From an uncultured Chloroflexia bacterium (lineage in GTDB: Bacteria; Chloroflexota; Dehalococcoidia; DSTF01; JACRBR01), in assembly GCA_963843685.1 (NCBI GenBank), contig CAWJLO010000006.1:41680-105679 (forward strand): a stretch of DNA of 64,000 nucleotides. Reading direction: 5' to 3'. Of the stretch, positions 30,005 through 37,907 are shown piece by piece; the first letter of the stretch is position 1, and each line of letters opens with the position of its first letter. Position numbers and translations under genes: made by a program. Below the pieces are notes generated by a model, which was given only the letters and a program-made list of their open reading frames with translations, was not told where the DNA came from and searched no databases.

Positions 30005-30834
30005 TTCTCGAAGATCGGCAGCTCCGTGATCTCGCGGAGCGTGTGTATCGTGAAGTCTGGCGTGATGCCTTCGCCTTCCTTGTACTCGCCCAGGGCGCGG
30101 CCGGTTTGGGCACGCGTCGCCGGCATGTCCGGCGGCACCTCACCGACCTGCTCGGCCTCGTGCGGCGGGTCGTGCTTCCGCGACCGGCGCCAGATGCTCG
30201 TCATGCCCAGCGTCCGCGACGCCTCGACGTCGGCGCGGAGCGAGTCGCCGCACATCGCGGTCTCGGTCGGGTCGATCTTCATCGTCTCGAAGACGTGCTC
30301 GAAGATCTTCGGATGCGGCTTCATGTAGCCGAAGTCGCAGGAGACGGCCGTCGCCTCGAAGTAGCGGTCCAGCCCCAGCTCGCGCAGCTCCTCCGCGAAG
30401 CGCGGCCCCCCGAAGACGCGGTTGGTGATGCAGCCGATGCGCACGCCGTGGTCGCGCAGCCAGTCCAACGTCGGGAAAGCGTCGTCGTACAACGTCCGGC
30501 CAAGCTGCAGCCCGCCGATGTTCCACGCGTCCCAGAGCTGCGCCGCCTGCTCGTACGAGATCTGCAGGCCCATGCCCGCGGCGATCTCGCGGACGACGGC
30601 GTTGAAGTCGGGGCTCACGCAGTCGGACTCGTACGCCGCGCGGTCCGCCTTCTCCACCCCAAGCCGGATCTCGCGGCCGAGGAAGCGCAGCTCGCCCTCC
30701 AACGGCACGCCCCACGACTCCAGCGCGCCGCTGATGCGCCGCATGGTCTCCATGCGGATCTCCATCGCCGGCGGCATCTTCGGGAAGTGCCACAGCGTGT
30801 CGCCGAGATCGAAGAGCATCGCCTTGATCGCCAT
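30001..30834 (-). CDS. HAD superfamily hydrolase
   Basis: 277 aa; motif I MLFDLGDTL, motif II ...GCITNR, motif III/IV ...KPHPKIFEH...AMCGDSLRADV. Its stop overlaps the start of the upstream GT-C gene by 4 nt. Confidence 0.8.
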   Translation of the reverse strand: MAIKAMLFDLGDTLWHFPKMPPAMEIRMETMRRISGALESWGVPLEGELRFLGREIRLGVEKADRAAYESDCVSPDFNAVVREIAAGMGLQISYEQAAQLWDAWNIGGLQLGRTLYDDAFPTLDWLRDHGVRIGCITNRVFGGPRFAEELRELGLDRYFEATAVSCDFGYMKPHPKIFEHVFETMKIDPTETAMCGDSLRADVEASRTLGMTSIWRRSRKHDPPHEAEQVGEVPPDMPATRAQTGRALGEYKEGEGITPDFTIHTLREITELPIFEK

Positions 30835-30979
30835 TCCGTCCCTCCGAGCGGGAGGATACCGTCCGCGAAGGCCTCGAGCTACCGGGATAGACGCTCCACG
30901 ATGGCCGTTGTATCTTCGTTGTCAACGGTGCATGCGCGATGCGCGCGCCGATTCTCGTGCCACACGAAGGGAGCTACAG

Positions 30980-33022
30980 ATGGGGATCGGCATCCTGATC
31001 ATCGTACTGCTGGTGCTGCTGGTGTTCTCGTTCCTCACGCTCTTTGGCGGCATGCTCGTGAACATCGGCGGCCAGCAGGTCGGCATCATCGAGCGCAAGT
31101 ACTTCGGCCGTCACCTGCCCCAGGGCCGCGTCGTCGCGATGCGCAACGAAATCGGCGTGCAGGCGCGCGTGCTGCAGCCGGGGCTGACGTTCCTGCCGCC
31201 CTTCATCTATCGCGTCACCAAGGCCGACATGCTCGTCGTCGCCGAGGACGAGGTGGGGCTGATCGAGTCGATCGACGGGCGCCCCCTCGACCCGGGCCAC
31301 ATCTTCGGCCGTCACGTCGACGCGCACGACACGTTCCAGGACGGCGAGGCGTTCCTCCAGAACGGCGGCCAGAAGGGTCCGCAGGTCGACATCCTCCCGC
31401 CCGGCAAGTACCGGATCAACACCTACCTGTTCAAGGTGAGCAACCAGCCGGCCCTGATCGTTGCGCAGGGACAGATCGGCGTCGTCAGCGCCCGTGACGG
31501 CGAGCCGATGGCGTCCGGACGGCTGCTCGCCCACATGGTGCCCGGTCACCAGGCGTACCAGGACGGCGAGGCGTTCCTGCAGAACGGCGGCCAGCGTGGG
31601 CCGCAGATCGAGGTGATGTTCCCGGGCCGCTACCGGCTCAACACCGATCTGTTCAGCGTCGACGTGCAGCCGGCGACCATCGTGCAGGCCAACCAGGTGG
31701 GGCTCGTCACGGCAAAGGACGGCTCTCCCCTCCCACCGACCGAGTTGGTGGCGGCGAGCATCGCCGGCCACAACGACTTCCAGGATCCGTCCGCGTTCCT
31801 CGCCAACGGCGGCCAGCGCGGCCCGCAGTACGACCTCCTGAAGCCCGGCACGTATTACATCAACCCGCTGATGTTCGACGTGAAGCTCGACAACGTCGCC
31901 ATCGTGCAACGCGGCGAGGTAGCGGTGCTGGTCTCGAACGTCGGCCAGGAGCCGCCCGACATCGCACCGGAGGAGCGGCTGGCCGGGAAGGAGCGCTACG
32001 TCGTGCCGGAGGGCTTTCGCGGCATCCAGGCGGAGGTGGCGGGGCCGGGTGTGTACTACCTGAACCGCTGGGCGTACATCGCCTACATCATCCCGACGAC
32101 GAACCTCACCATCGACTGGGCCGATGAATCGATGGCCTCGTCCGTTGCGGGCGACGTCTCCGACCCGAAAAGCGGGCATCGCGCGCAGCTCTTCAACCCG
32201 CTGGCCGTCATCAGCCGCGAAGGCTTCGAGATGCGCGTCGGCGTCAAGGTGGTGATCCGCGTGCGCCCCGAGCAGGCGCCGCTCATGGTGGCGAAGATCG
32301 GCTCGCTCGAGAACCTGATCGACCACGTCGTGCACCCCATGATCGACTCGTCGTTCCGCAACCAGGCGTCGTCGTCAGAGGCGATGAATTTCATGCAGGA
32401 CCGCGCGGACGAGCAGGCGAAGGCGGAGGCGCGGACGCGCGAGGAGCTGGAGAAGTACCACGTCGAGTGCGTCTCCGTGCTGATCTCGCAGATCATCCTG
32501 CCGCAGGAGCTGATGGAAATCCACACGCGGCGCGTGATCGCCGCGCAGCAACAGGACATGTACGTCGAGCAGCAGAAGTCCGAAGAAAAGCGCATCGACA
32601 CGGAGAACACGCGCGCGAAGGCCGACAAGCAGGTCGAGCTGGTAGCCGCGCAGATCGGCGTCCAGGTAGCCGAACAGACCAAGCAGAAGACGATCAACGA
32701 GGCCGAGGGCCGCGCCCGCGCCACCGAGCTGGAAGGCGAAGCCGAGGGAAAGAAGATCCAGGCCGTCGGTGCCGCGACGGCCGAGGCGTACGAGAAGCAG
32801 GTGGCCGCCGTTGGGCAGCTCAACCTCGCGGGGATCGAAGTCACGAAGGCCGTGGCCGGCGCCGGGCTGAAGATCACGCCGGACATCATGGTCGGCGGCG
32901 GTGGTGACGGGACCGGCGGCAGCGTCTTCTCCGCCTTCATCGCCCAGCTCCTCGCTGGCAGCCGCGTCTCGATCCAGCCCCCGGCCGGCGGCGGCTCCAC
33001 ACAAGGCGGAGGGCGCAGTTAG
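30980..33022 (+). CDS. flotillin-like SPFH/band-7 family membrane protein with triplicated N-terminal beta-module
   Basis: The ORF-track start 30422 is antisense to the HAD gene. The real start is ATG 30980 (RBS GAAGGGAG): MGIGILIIVLLVLLVFSFLTLFGG (TM). Three ~60-aa tandem repeats follow: HDTFQDGEAFLQNGGQKGPQVDILPPGKYRINTYLFKVSNQPALIVAQGQIGVVSARDG / HQAYQDGEAFLQNGGQRGPQIEVMFPGRYRLNTDLFSVDVQPATIVQANQVGLVTAKDG / HNDFQDPSAFLANGGQRGPQYDLLKPGTYYINPLMFDVKLDNVAIVQRGEVAVLVSNVG. Then the SPFH core (REGFEMRVGVKVVIRVRPEQAPLMVAKIG...) and a flotillin-type EA-rich coiled coil (AEQTKQKTINEAEGRARATELEGEAEGKKIQAVGAATAEAYEKQVAAVG). Confidence 0.75.
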   Translation: MGIGILIIVLLVLLVFSFLTLFGGMLVNIGGQQVGIIERKYFGRHLPQGRVVAMRNEIGVQARVLQPGLTFLPPFIYRVTKADMLVVAEDEVGLIESIDGRPLDPGHIFGRHVDAHDTFQDGEAFLQNGGQKGPQVDILPPGKYRINTYLFKVSNQPALIVAQGQIGVVSARDGEPMASGRLLAHMVPGHQAYQDGEAFLQNGGQRGPQIEVMFPGRYRLNTDLFSVDVQPATIVQANQVGLVTAKDGSPLPPTELVAASIAGHNDFQDPSAFLANGGQRGPQYDLLKPGTYYINPLMFDVKLDNVAIVQRGEVAVLVSNVGQEPPDIAPEERLAGKERYVVPEGFRGIQAEVAGPGVYYLNRWAYIAYIIPTTNLTIDWADESMASSVAGDVSDPKSGHRAQLFNPLAVISREGFEMRVGVKVVIRVRPEQAPLMVAKIGSLENLIDHVVHPMIDSSFRNQASSSEAMNFMQDRADEQAKAEARTREELEKYHVECVSVLISQIILPQELMEIHTRRVIAAQQQDMYVEQQKSEEKRIDTENTRAKADKQVELVAAQIGVQVAEQTKQKTINEAEGRARATELEGEAEGKKIQAVGAATAEAYEKQVAAVGQLNLAGIEVTKAVAGAGLKITPDIMVGGGGDGTGGSVFSAFIAQLLAGSRVSIQPPAGGGSTQGGGRS

Positions 33023-33038
33023 GCAAGGGAGCACGGTC

Positions 33039-33815
33039 TTGAACAGCCTAGATCGAGTTCTAACGAGCGCTGTCGCTATGGCCGCGTTCGCGTTCGCGAC
33101 CATCGCCGCATCTCCTGCACCGGCGACGACCGTGCCCGGCACGCCGACGGCGCTCGCAACCGCGTCGGCCTCGACCGGCACGGCGACGGAGCCGGTCGCG
33201 ACGGTCACACCCATCCCGAGCGCGACCGAAGAACTGCCGCCGAGGCCCGGTTCTCCGACGCCGACCCCGGCCCTTCCCGAAGAGGGCGGCCCGCCCGGCG
33301 GCGTACTGGGTGGGCATCTCTACATCGACAACGACGCCAGCGGCAGCCTGACGCCCGGTGACGGCACGCCCGGTGGAACAGTCATTGTCGACGCGCTCGA
33401 CTCGGACGGACGTACTGTTCACGGATACGGGGCGGCGACAGACACCTCAGGCGTGTGGCAGATCAGAGCTCTTCCCGACGGCGCGTATCGGGTTCGCTGG
33501 GATCCGCCCGTGCCGGAGTCGCAGTGGCCGCTGACGATCCCGCCGGTTCAGGCCATCGTGCTGAACCCAATAGAGACGGTCCACGCGGTCACCAGAACGG
33601 TTGAGATCAGTGGCGCGAGCCGAATCCTCGACATCGACTTTGGCATTCCCAAGCAACAGCCGGTGGCCGGCGGCGGACTGCCGAGCACGGGCACCGGCGG
33701 CTCGGCCGACGGCTCCTGGTTGCCGATGGCGTTCGGCGCGTTCGGCATAGCCCTCGCGTTCTGCGGCGCCGCGTGGCTCACGCTTCGCCGACGGATCGGC
33801 ACGCGAACGAGCTGA
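33039..33815 (+). CDS. LPXTG cell-wall-anchored surface protein with Cna-B/SdrD-B-like beta-sandwich domain
   Basis: TTG 33039 (RBS GGGAG): MNSLDRVLTSAVAMAAFAFATIAASPAPA signal, a Pro/Thr-rich linker, a beta-domain (GGHLYIDNDASGSLTPGDGTPGGTVIVDALDSDGRTVHGYGAATDTSGVWQIRALPDGAYRVRW), and a C-terminal sorting signal LPSTG + hydrophobic segment + RRRIGTR. Confidence 0.7.
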   Translation: MNSLDRVLTSAVAMAAFAFATIAASPAPATTVPGTPTALATASASTGTATEPVATVTPIPSATEELPPRPGSPTPTPALPEEGGPPGGVLGGHLYIDNDASGSLTPGDGTPGGTVIVDALDSDGRTVHGYGAATDTSGVWQIRALPDGAYRVRWDPPVPESQWPLTIPPVQAIVLNPIETVHAVTRTVEISGASRILDIDFGIPKQQPVAGGGLPSTGTGGSADGSWLPMAFGAFGIALAFCGAAWLTLRRRIGTRTS

Positions 33816-33952
33816 CCAGGACGGCGGATTAGCGTCTATGCGTTCGATCTCGCTGCAAGCAGCAGCCGCCTGAATCCGGGTTCATCTCGCCTCATACGCG
33901 GCGCCTTCGTATACTGTCCCCACCCCCAGGGCAGCCGAAGGATCGATACCCC

Positions 33953-35719
33953 GTGCCGACTGAAGTCCTCTATCGCAAATGGCGACCCCAGCGCTTCGCC
34001 GACGTCTCCGGGCAGGACCTGCTGACGCGCACGCTCGTGAACGCCGTGGCCACGCACAGGGTCTCGCACGCGTACCTGTTCGCCGGACCGCGCGGCACGG
34101 GCAAGACCACGACCGCCCGTCTCCTCGCGAAGGCCATCAACTGCGAGAAGAACGCCGAGGACCAGAAGAAGAGCCCCGGCGAGCCGTGCAACGAATGCGC
34201 CTCCTGCAGGGCGTTCGGCACCGGCAGCGCGCTCGATCTGATCGAGATGGACGGCGCCAGCAACCGCGGCATCGACGACATCCGCAACCTGCGCGAGGCC
34301 GCGAATTACCTGCCCATGGGCGGCATCAGCGCGCACAAGGTGTACCTCATCGACGAGGTGCACATGCTGACCGAGCCCGCGTTCAACGCGCTGCTCAAGA
34401 CGCTGGAGGAGCCGCCGCCCCACATCGTCTTCATCCTCGCGACCACCGACGCGCACAAGGTGCCGGCGACGATCCTTTCGCGCTGCCAGCGGCACGAGTT
34501 CCGCCGCATCCCCCTCGCCGCCATCATCGACCGGCTGGCGTACATCGCCGAGCAAGAGGGGATCACCGTCCCCCGCGACGGCCTGGAGCTGATCGCGCGC
34601 GAAGCGACCGGCAGCCTCCGCGACGCCATCAACCTGCTGGAGCAGATCGGCGACTCGTACGGCAAGGACGCGTCGCTCGAGGCTGTGCGCGAGGGGCTGG
34701 GCCTCGTCGGCGACGAGCGGGCGGCGCAGCTGGCCACGCAGACGCTGACGGGAGACCTCGCGGGCGGGCTGGCGACGATCGGCGCCGTACGCGACGACGG
34801 CCTCGACCTCCGCCAGTTTCAGAAGGAGGTCGTGCTGCGCCTGCGCGAGCTGCTTGTCGTGCAGTCCGGCGCGGACGGCGGCGGCGCCTGGACGCCGGAA
34901 CAGGCCGAGAGCATGCGCGCGTCAGTCAAAGACGTGCCGACAGCGACGACCGTGCGCGCGCTGAAGGCGTTCGGCACGGCGGATCTGCGAGCGGACCCGC
35001 TGTCGCCGCTGCCGCTCGAGCTGGCGCTCGCCGAATCGATCCTCGAGCCGGCGCCCGTTGCGACGGGACGCGCCGAGGCGGCACCACGCCCGCCCGCGCC
35101 GCCGCCGATGCGGCCGCCGCAGGCATCACGGCCCGCGCCGCCGCCCCCGAAGCCCGCGCCACGCGCCCAGCAACCGGCGTCGGCCGAGCGCGTGCCGCCG
35201 GAGCTGCGTCGCGACCTGAGCAGCGCCTCGGCCGAAGACATCGCGGCGATGCTGGGCAGCAAGGCGCCCGTGATCCCGCCCGCGGCCGACACAGCCGAGG
35301 AGGAACCGGCGCCCGCGCCCGCGAACGGCGCCGCACATCACGCCATTGAGCCGCTGCCGGGAGCCGATGCCGGCGCGCACGCTGAGCTGGCCAACTTCGT
35401 GCCGGAGCTGCGCAAGCTCGCCCGGCCGCGCAGCGTGAAGCTCGATGCGCTGCTCAATGGCTCGTGCGAGGCCGTCTCGTGGCAGGACGGCGTGCTGACC
35501 CTCGGCTTCTACGAGGACAAGTTCCACAAGAAGGGCGTGGAGGAGGCGGCGAACCGGCGCGTGTACGAAGAGCTGGCAGCCGAGATCCTGGGAGCGCCCG
35601 TTTCTATCCGGTGTATCATTTCGCCGAAGAAGGCGAAGCCGATGAGCAAGAGCCCGCTCGTGCAGCACGCCGTGCAGACTCACGGCGCGAAGATCGTCTC
35701 CGGAGACCAGGAGCAGTAA
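33953..35719 (+). CDS. dnaX: DNA polymerase III subunit gamma/tau
   Basis: YRKWRPQRFADVSGQ...AYLFAGPRGTGKTT...CNECASCRAF (Zn module)...LIDEVHML...SRCQRHEFRRI, with a Pro/Ala-rich tau linker and C-terminal domain. Confidence 0.9.
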   Translation: MPTEVLYRKWRPQRFADVSGQDLLTRTLVNAVATHRVSHAYLFAGPRGTGKTTTARLLAKAINCEKNAEDQKKSPGEPCNECASCRAFGTGSALDLIEMDGASNRGIDDIRNLREAANYLPMGGISAHKVYLIDEVHMLTEPAFNALLKTLEEPPPHIVFILATTDAHKVPATILSRCQRHEFRRIPLAAIIDRLAYIAEQEGITVPRDGLELIAREATGSLRDAINLLEQIGDSYGKDASLEAVREGLGLVGDERAAQLATQTLTGDLAGGLATIGAVRDDGLDLRQFQKEVVLRLRELLVVQSGADGGGAWTPEQAESMRASVKDVPTATTVRALKAFGTADLRADPLSPLPLELALAESILEPAPVATGRAEAAPRPPAPPPMRPPQASRPAPPPPKPAPRAQQPASAERVPPELRRDLSSASAEDIAAMLGSKAPVIPPAADTAEEEPAPAPANGAAHHAIEPLPGADAGAHAELANFVPELRKLARPRSVKLDALLNGSCEAVSWQDGVLTLGFYEDKFHKKGVEEAANRRVYEELAAEILGAPVSIRCIISPKKAKPMSKSPLVQHAVQTHGAKIVSGDQEQ

Positions 35720-35721
35720 CG

Positions 35722-36042
35722 ATGACGATGAACCGTGACATGATGGCGAAGATCGCGCAGATGCAGGAGCGCCTCGTGAAGGCGCAGGCCGATCTCGCCG
35801 AGAAGCGCGCGGAGGGCACGTCCGGCGGCGGCGCCGTGCACATCGTGCTCACCGGCGGCATGCAAGTGGACTCGCTCAAGATCGACAAGGAAGTCATCGA
35901 CCCCGATGACGTGGAGATGCTGGAGGACCTGCTGACGGCGGCGCTGAACGAGGTGCTCGGCAAGGTCCAGTCACTGCAGATGTCGCAGCTCGCGGGCCTG
36001 GCGGGGAGCCTCGGCATCGGCGGCATCCCGGGGTTGCAGTAG
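35722..36042 (+). CDS. ybaB: nucleoid-associated protein YbaB/EbfC
   Basis: ATG 35722 (AGGAGC RBS, 3 nt after the dnaX stop): MTMNRDMMAKIAQMQERLVKAQADLAEKRAEGTSGGGAVHIVLTGGMQVDSLKIDKEVIDPDDVEMLEDLLTAALNEV. The ORF track's 35464 start is an over-extension into dnaX. Confidence 0.9.
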   Translation: MTMNRDMMAKIAQMQERLVKAQADLAEKRAEGTSGGGAVHIVLTGGMQVDSLKIDKEVIDPDDVEMLEDLLTAALNEVLGKVQSLQMSQLAGLAGSLGIGGIPGLQ

Positions 36043-36095
36043 GCCACCTCTCAGCCCGTCCCGCGTCGTTTGTAGTTCGAAGGCCCCGACCCCGC

Positions 36096-36707
36096 ATGAA
36101 CGAAGCCACCGACGTTGCGCCCGTACCCGTTACGCGCCTGATCGAGGAGTTCCACAAGCTCCCCGGCGTCGGGCCGAAGAGCGCCCAGCGGCTCACCTAC
36201 CACCTGCTCCGCATACCGAAAGAGGACGCCCTCGCCCTCGCGGACGCCATCACGCAGCTCAAGGAGCGCACCGTCCTCTGCTCCGTCTGCCAGAACGTCA
36301 CCGAGTCCGACCCCTGCGCCATCTGCCGCGACGAATCGCGCGATCGCACCGTCATCTGCGTCGTCGAGGAGCCGCTGGACATCCTCGCCGTCGAACGCAC
36401 GCGCGGCTTCCGCGGTCTCTACCACGTGCTCCATGGCGTGATCTCGCCGATGGACGGGATCGGCCCGGAGGATCTGAAGGTCAACGAGCTGCTGGCACGC
36501 CTCCGGGGCGGCAACGTCACCGAAGTCATCATGGCCACCAACCCCAACCTCGAAGGCGAGGCCACGTCGATGTACGTCAGCCGCCTGCTGACGCCCCTCG
36601 GCACGCGCGTCACGCGCCTCGCCCGCGGCCTCCCCATGGGCAGCGACCTCGAGTACGCCGACGACGTCACCCTCGCCCGCGCCCTGGAGAACCGCCAGGA
36701 CGTCTGA
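36096..36707 (+). CDS. recR: recombination protein RecR
   Basis: 203 aa; HhH (KLPGVGPKSAQRL), C4 zinc finger (CSVCQNVTESDPCAIC), Toprim (VICVVEEPLDILAVE); canonical dnaX-ybaB-recR order. Confidence 0.9.
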   Translation: MNEATDVAPVPVTRLIEEFHKLPGVGPKSAQRLTYHLLRIPKEDALALADAITQLKERTVLCSVCQNVTESDPCAICRDESRDRTVICVVEEPLDILAVERTRGFRGLYHVLHGVISPMDGIGPEDLKVNELLARLRGGNVTEVIMATNPNLEGEATSMYVSRLLTPLGTRVTRLARGLPMGSDLEYADDVTLARALENRQDV

Positions 36708-36788
36708 TCCCGCTCGCCGTTGAGTTTGCGAATCTCGTAGCCGAACAGCGCTCGCCAGAGAACGCCGTCCCGTCGTAGGATCGGCGCC

Positions 36789-37875
36789 ATGACACGGTTT
36801 GCCCCGAAGGCCGTAGCCGAGCGCGAGGGCATCGTCCCGATCGATGATCGCCTGCTCGCCTTCCTCCGCCGCGAGTGGGGCGACAACATCGCCTACGCGG
36901 ACCCGCCCGCGCCGCATCACCGGCGGCTTCGATACGACCATCTACGGCTTCCGCCTGTCCGGCACGGACGGCGATCTCGCGCAGCCACTGATCGTCCGCA
37001 TCTACGGCCCCGAAGCGCACGAGCGACAGGCGACCTTCGAGACCGTGATGCACAACACGCTCGCCGGCCTTGGCTACCCTACGCCCCGCATCCTCGCCGG
37101 CTCGACCGACGCCACCCTGCTGGGCACGCCCTTCGTCATCATGCCGCGCGTGCCCGGTCGCGTGATGCTCGCGTCCATCTTCGGTCCGCGGGCGCCGGAC
37201 ACGGCGAGGACGCTCGGCACGCTGCATGCACGGCTGCACGCGCTCGACGCCGCCGAGCTGCGGCGCGCACTCGAAGCGGCGGGCGTCGACTCGATGGGCT
37301 GGGAGGCCAGCGTCAGCCTCGACTGGATGCGGACGGAGATCGACGCGCTCCGGCTGGACGGGCTCCGCGATGCGCTCGACTGGCTCATCGCCAACCGCCC
37401 GCCCGCCCCGGCGCGTCTCGCCATCTGTCACGGCGACTTTCACCCGCTGAACATCATGATGGACGGCCGAACCGTGAGCGGTGTGCTCGATTGGGCCGGT
37501 GCCCGCATCGGCGACCCGGCGTGGGACGTCGGCGCCACGCTCGCCCTGTTCGGGCAGGGCCCCGTCGGCATGCCGGCGCCCGTCCTGCGCGCGATCGGAG
37601 TGCTCCGCCGCTGGCTGCTGGGCCGGTACATCCGTGCGTACTCCACGGCGATGCCGCTCGACATGGATGCCGTGCGCTACTACGAGGCGTACCGCTGCAC
37701 CCTGTTCCTCGTCGAGGGCGGGCAGCATCGCCAGGCGCTCGCCGGCGTCATCCCGCCGCTCGTCCGCCCGACCGCCTTTCACGCAAAGCCGGTGCTCGAC
37801 GGGATCGCCCGCCGCGTGACGCAGATCACGGGCGTGAGCGTGAGTCTCCCTCCGGAGAAGCGAAGCTCGAACTAG
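36789..37875 (+). CDS. APH-fold phosphotransferase (aminoglycoside/amino-sugar kinase family); apparent frameshift at ~36915-36925
   Basis: Frame 1: MTRFAPKAVAEREGIVPIDDRLLAFLRREWGDNIAYADPPAP. Frame 2 (36844..37875): ITGGFDTTIYGFRLSG...PFVIMPRVPG...ICHGDFHPLNIMMDGRTVSGVLDWAGARIGDPAWDVG..., i.e. the Brenner motif HGDxxxxN and the D-loop. Confidence 0.65.
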
Positions 37876-37907
37876 CAGCCGCCCGACCGACCACGTACCA
37901 TCCCCAC

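Noticed and set aside
30422-30979. 186-codon N-terminal extension of the flotillin ORF
   Set aside because: It is antisense to the HAD hydrolase gene with R/S/P-rich composition. A good RBS plus ATG at 30980 starts the TM segment.
7591-37875. Programmed ribosomal frameshifting or genuine pseudogenisation as the explanation for the split genes
   Set aside because: There are too many, in essential genes. There is no slippery heptamer or stimulatory structure. The errors are mostly G/C homopolymer +1 insertions, which look like sequencing artefact.
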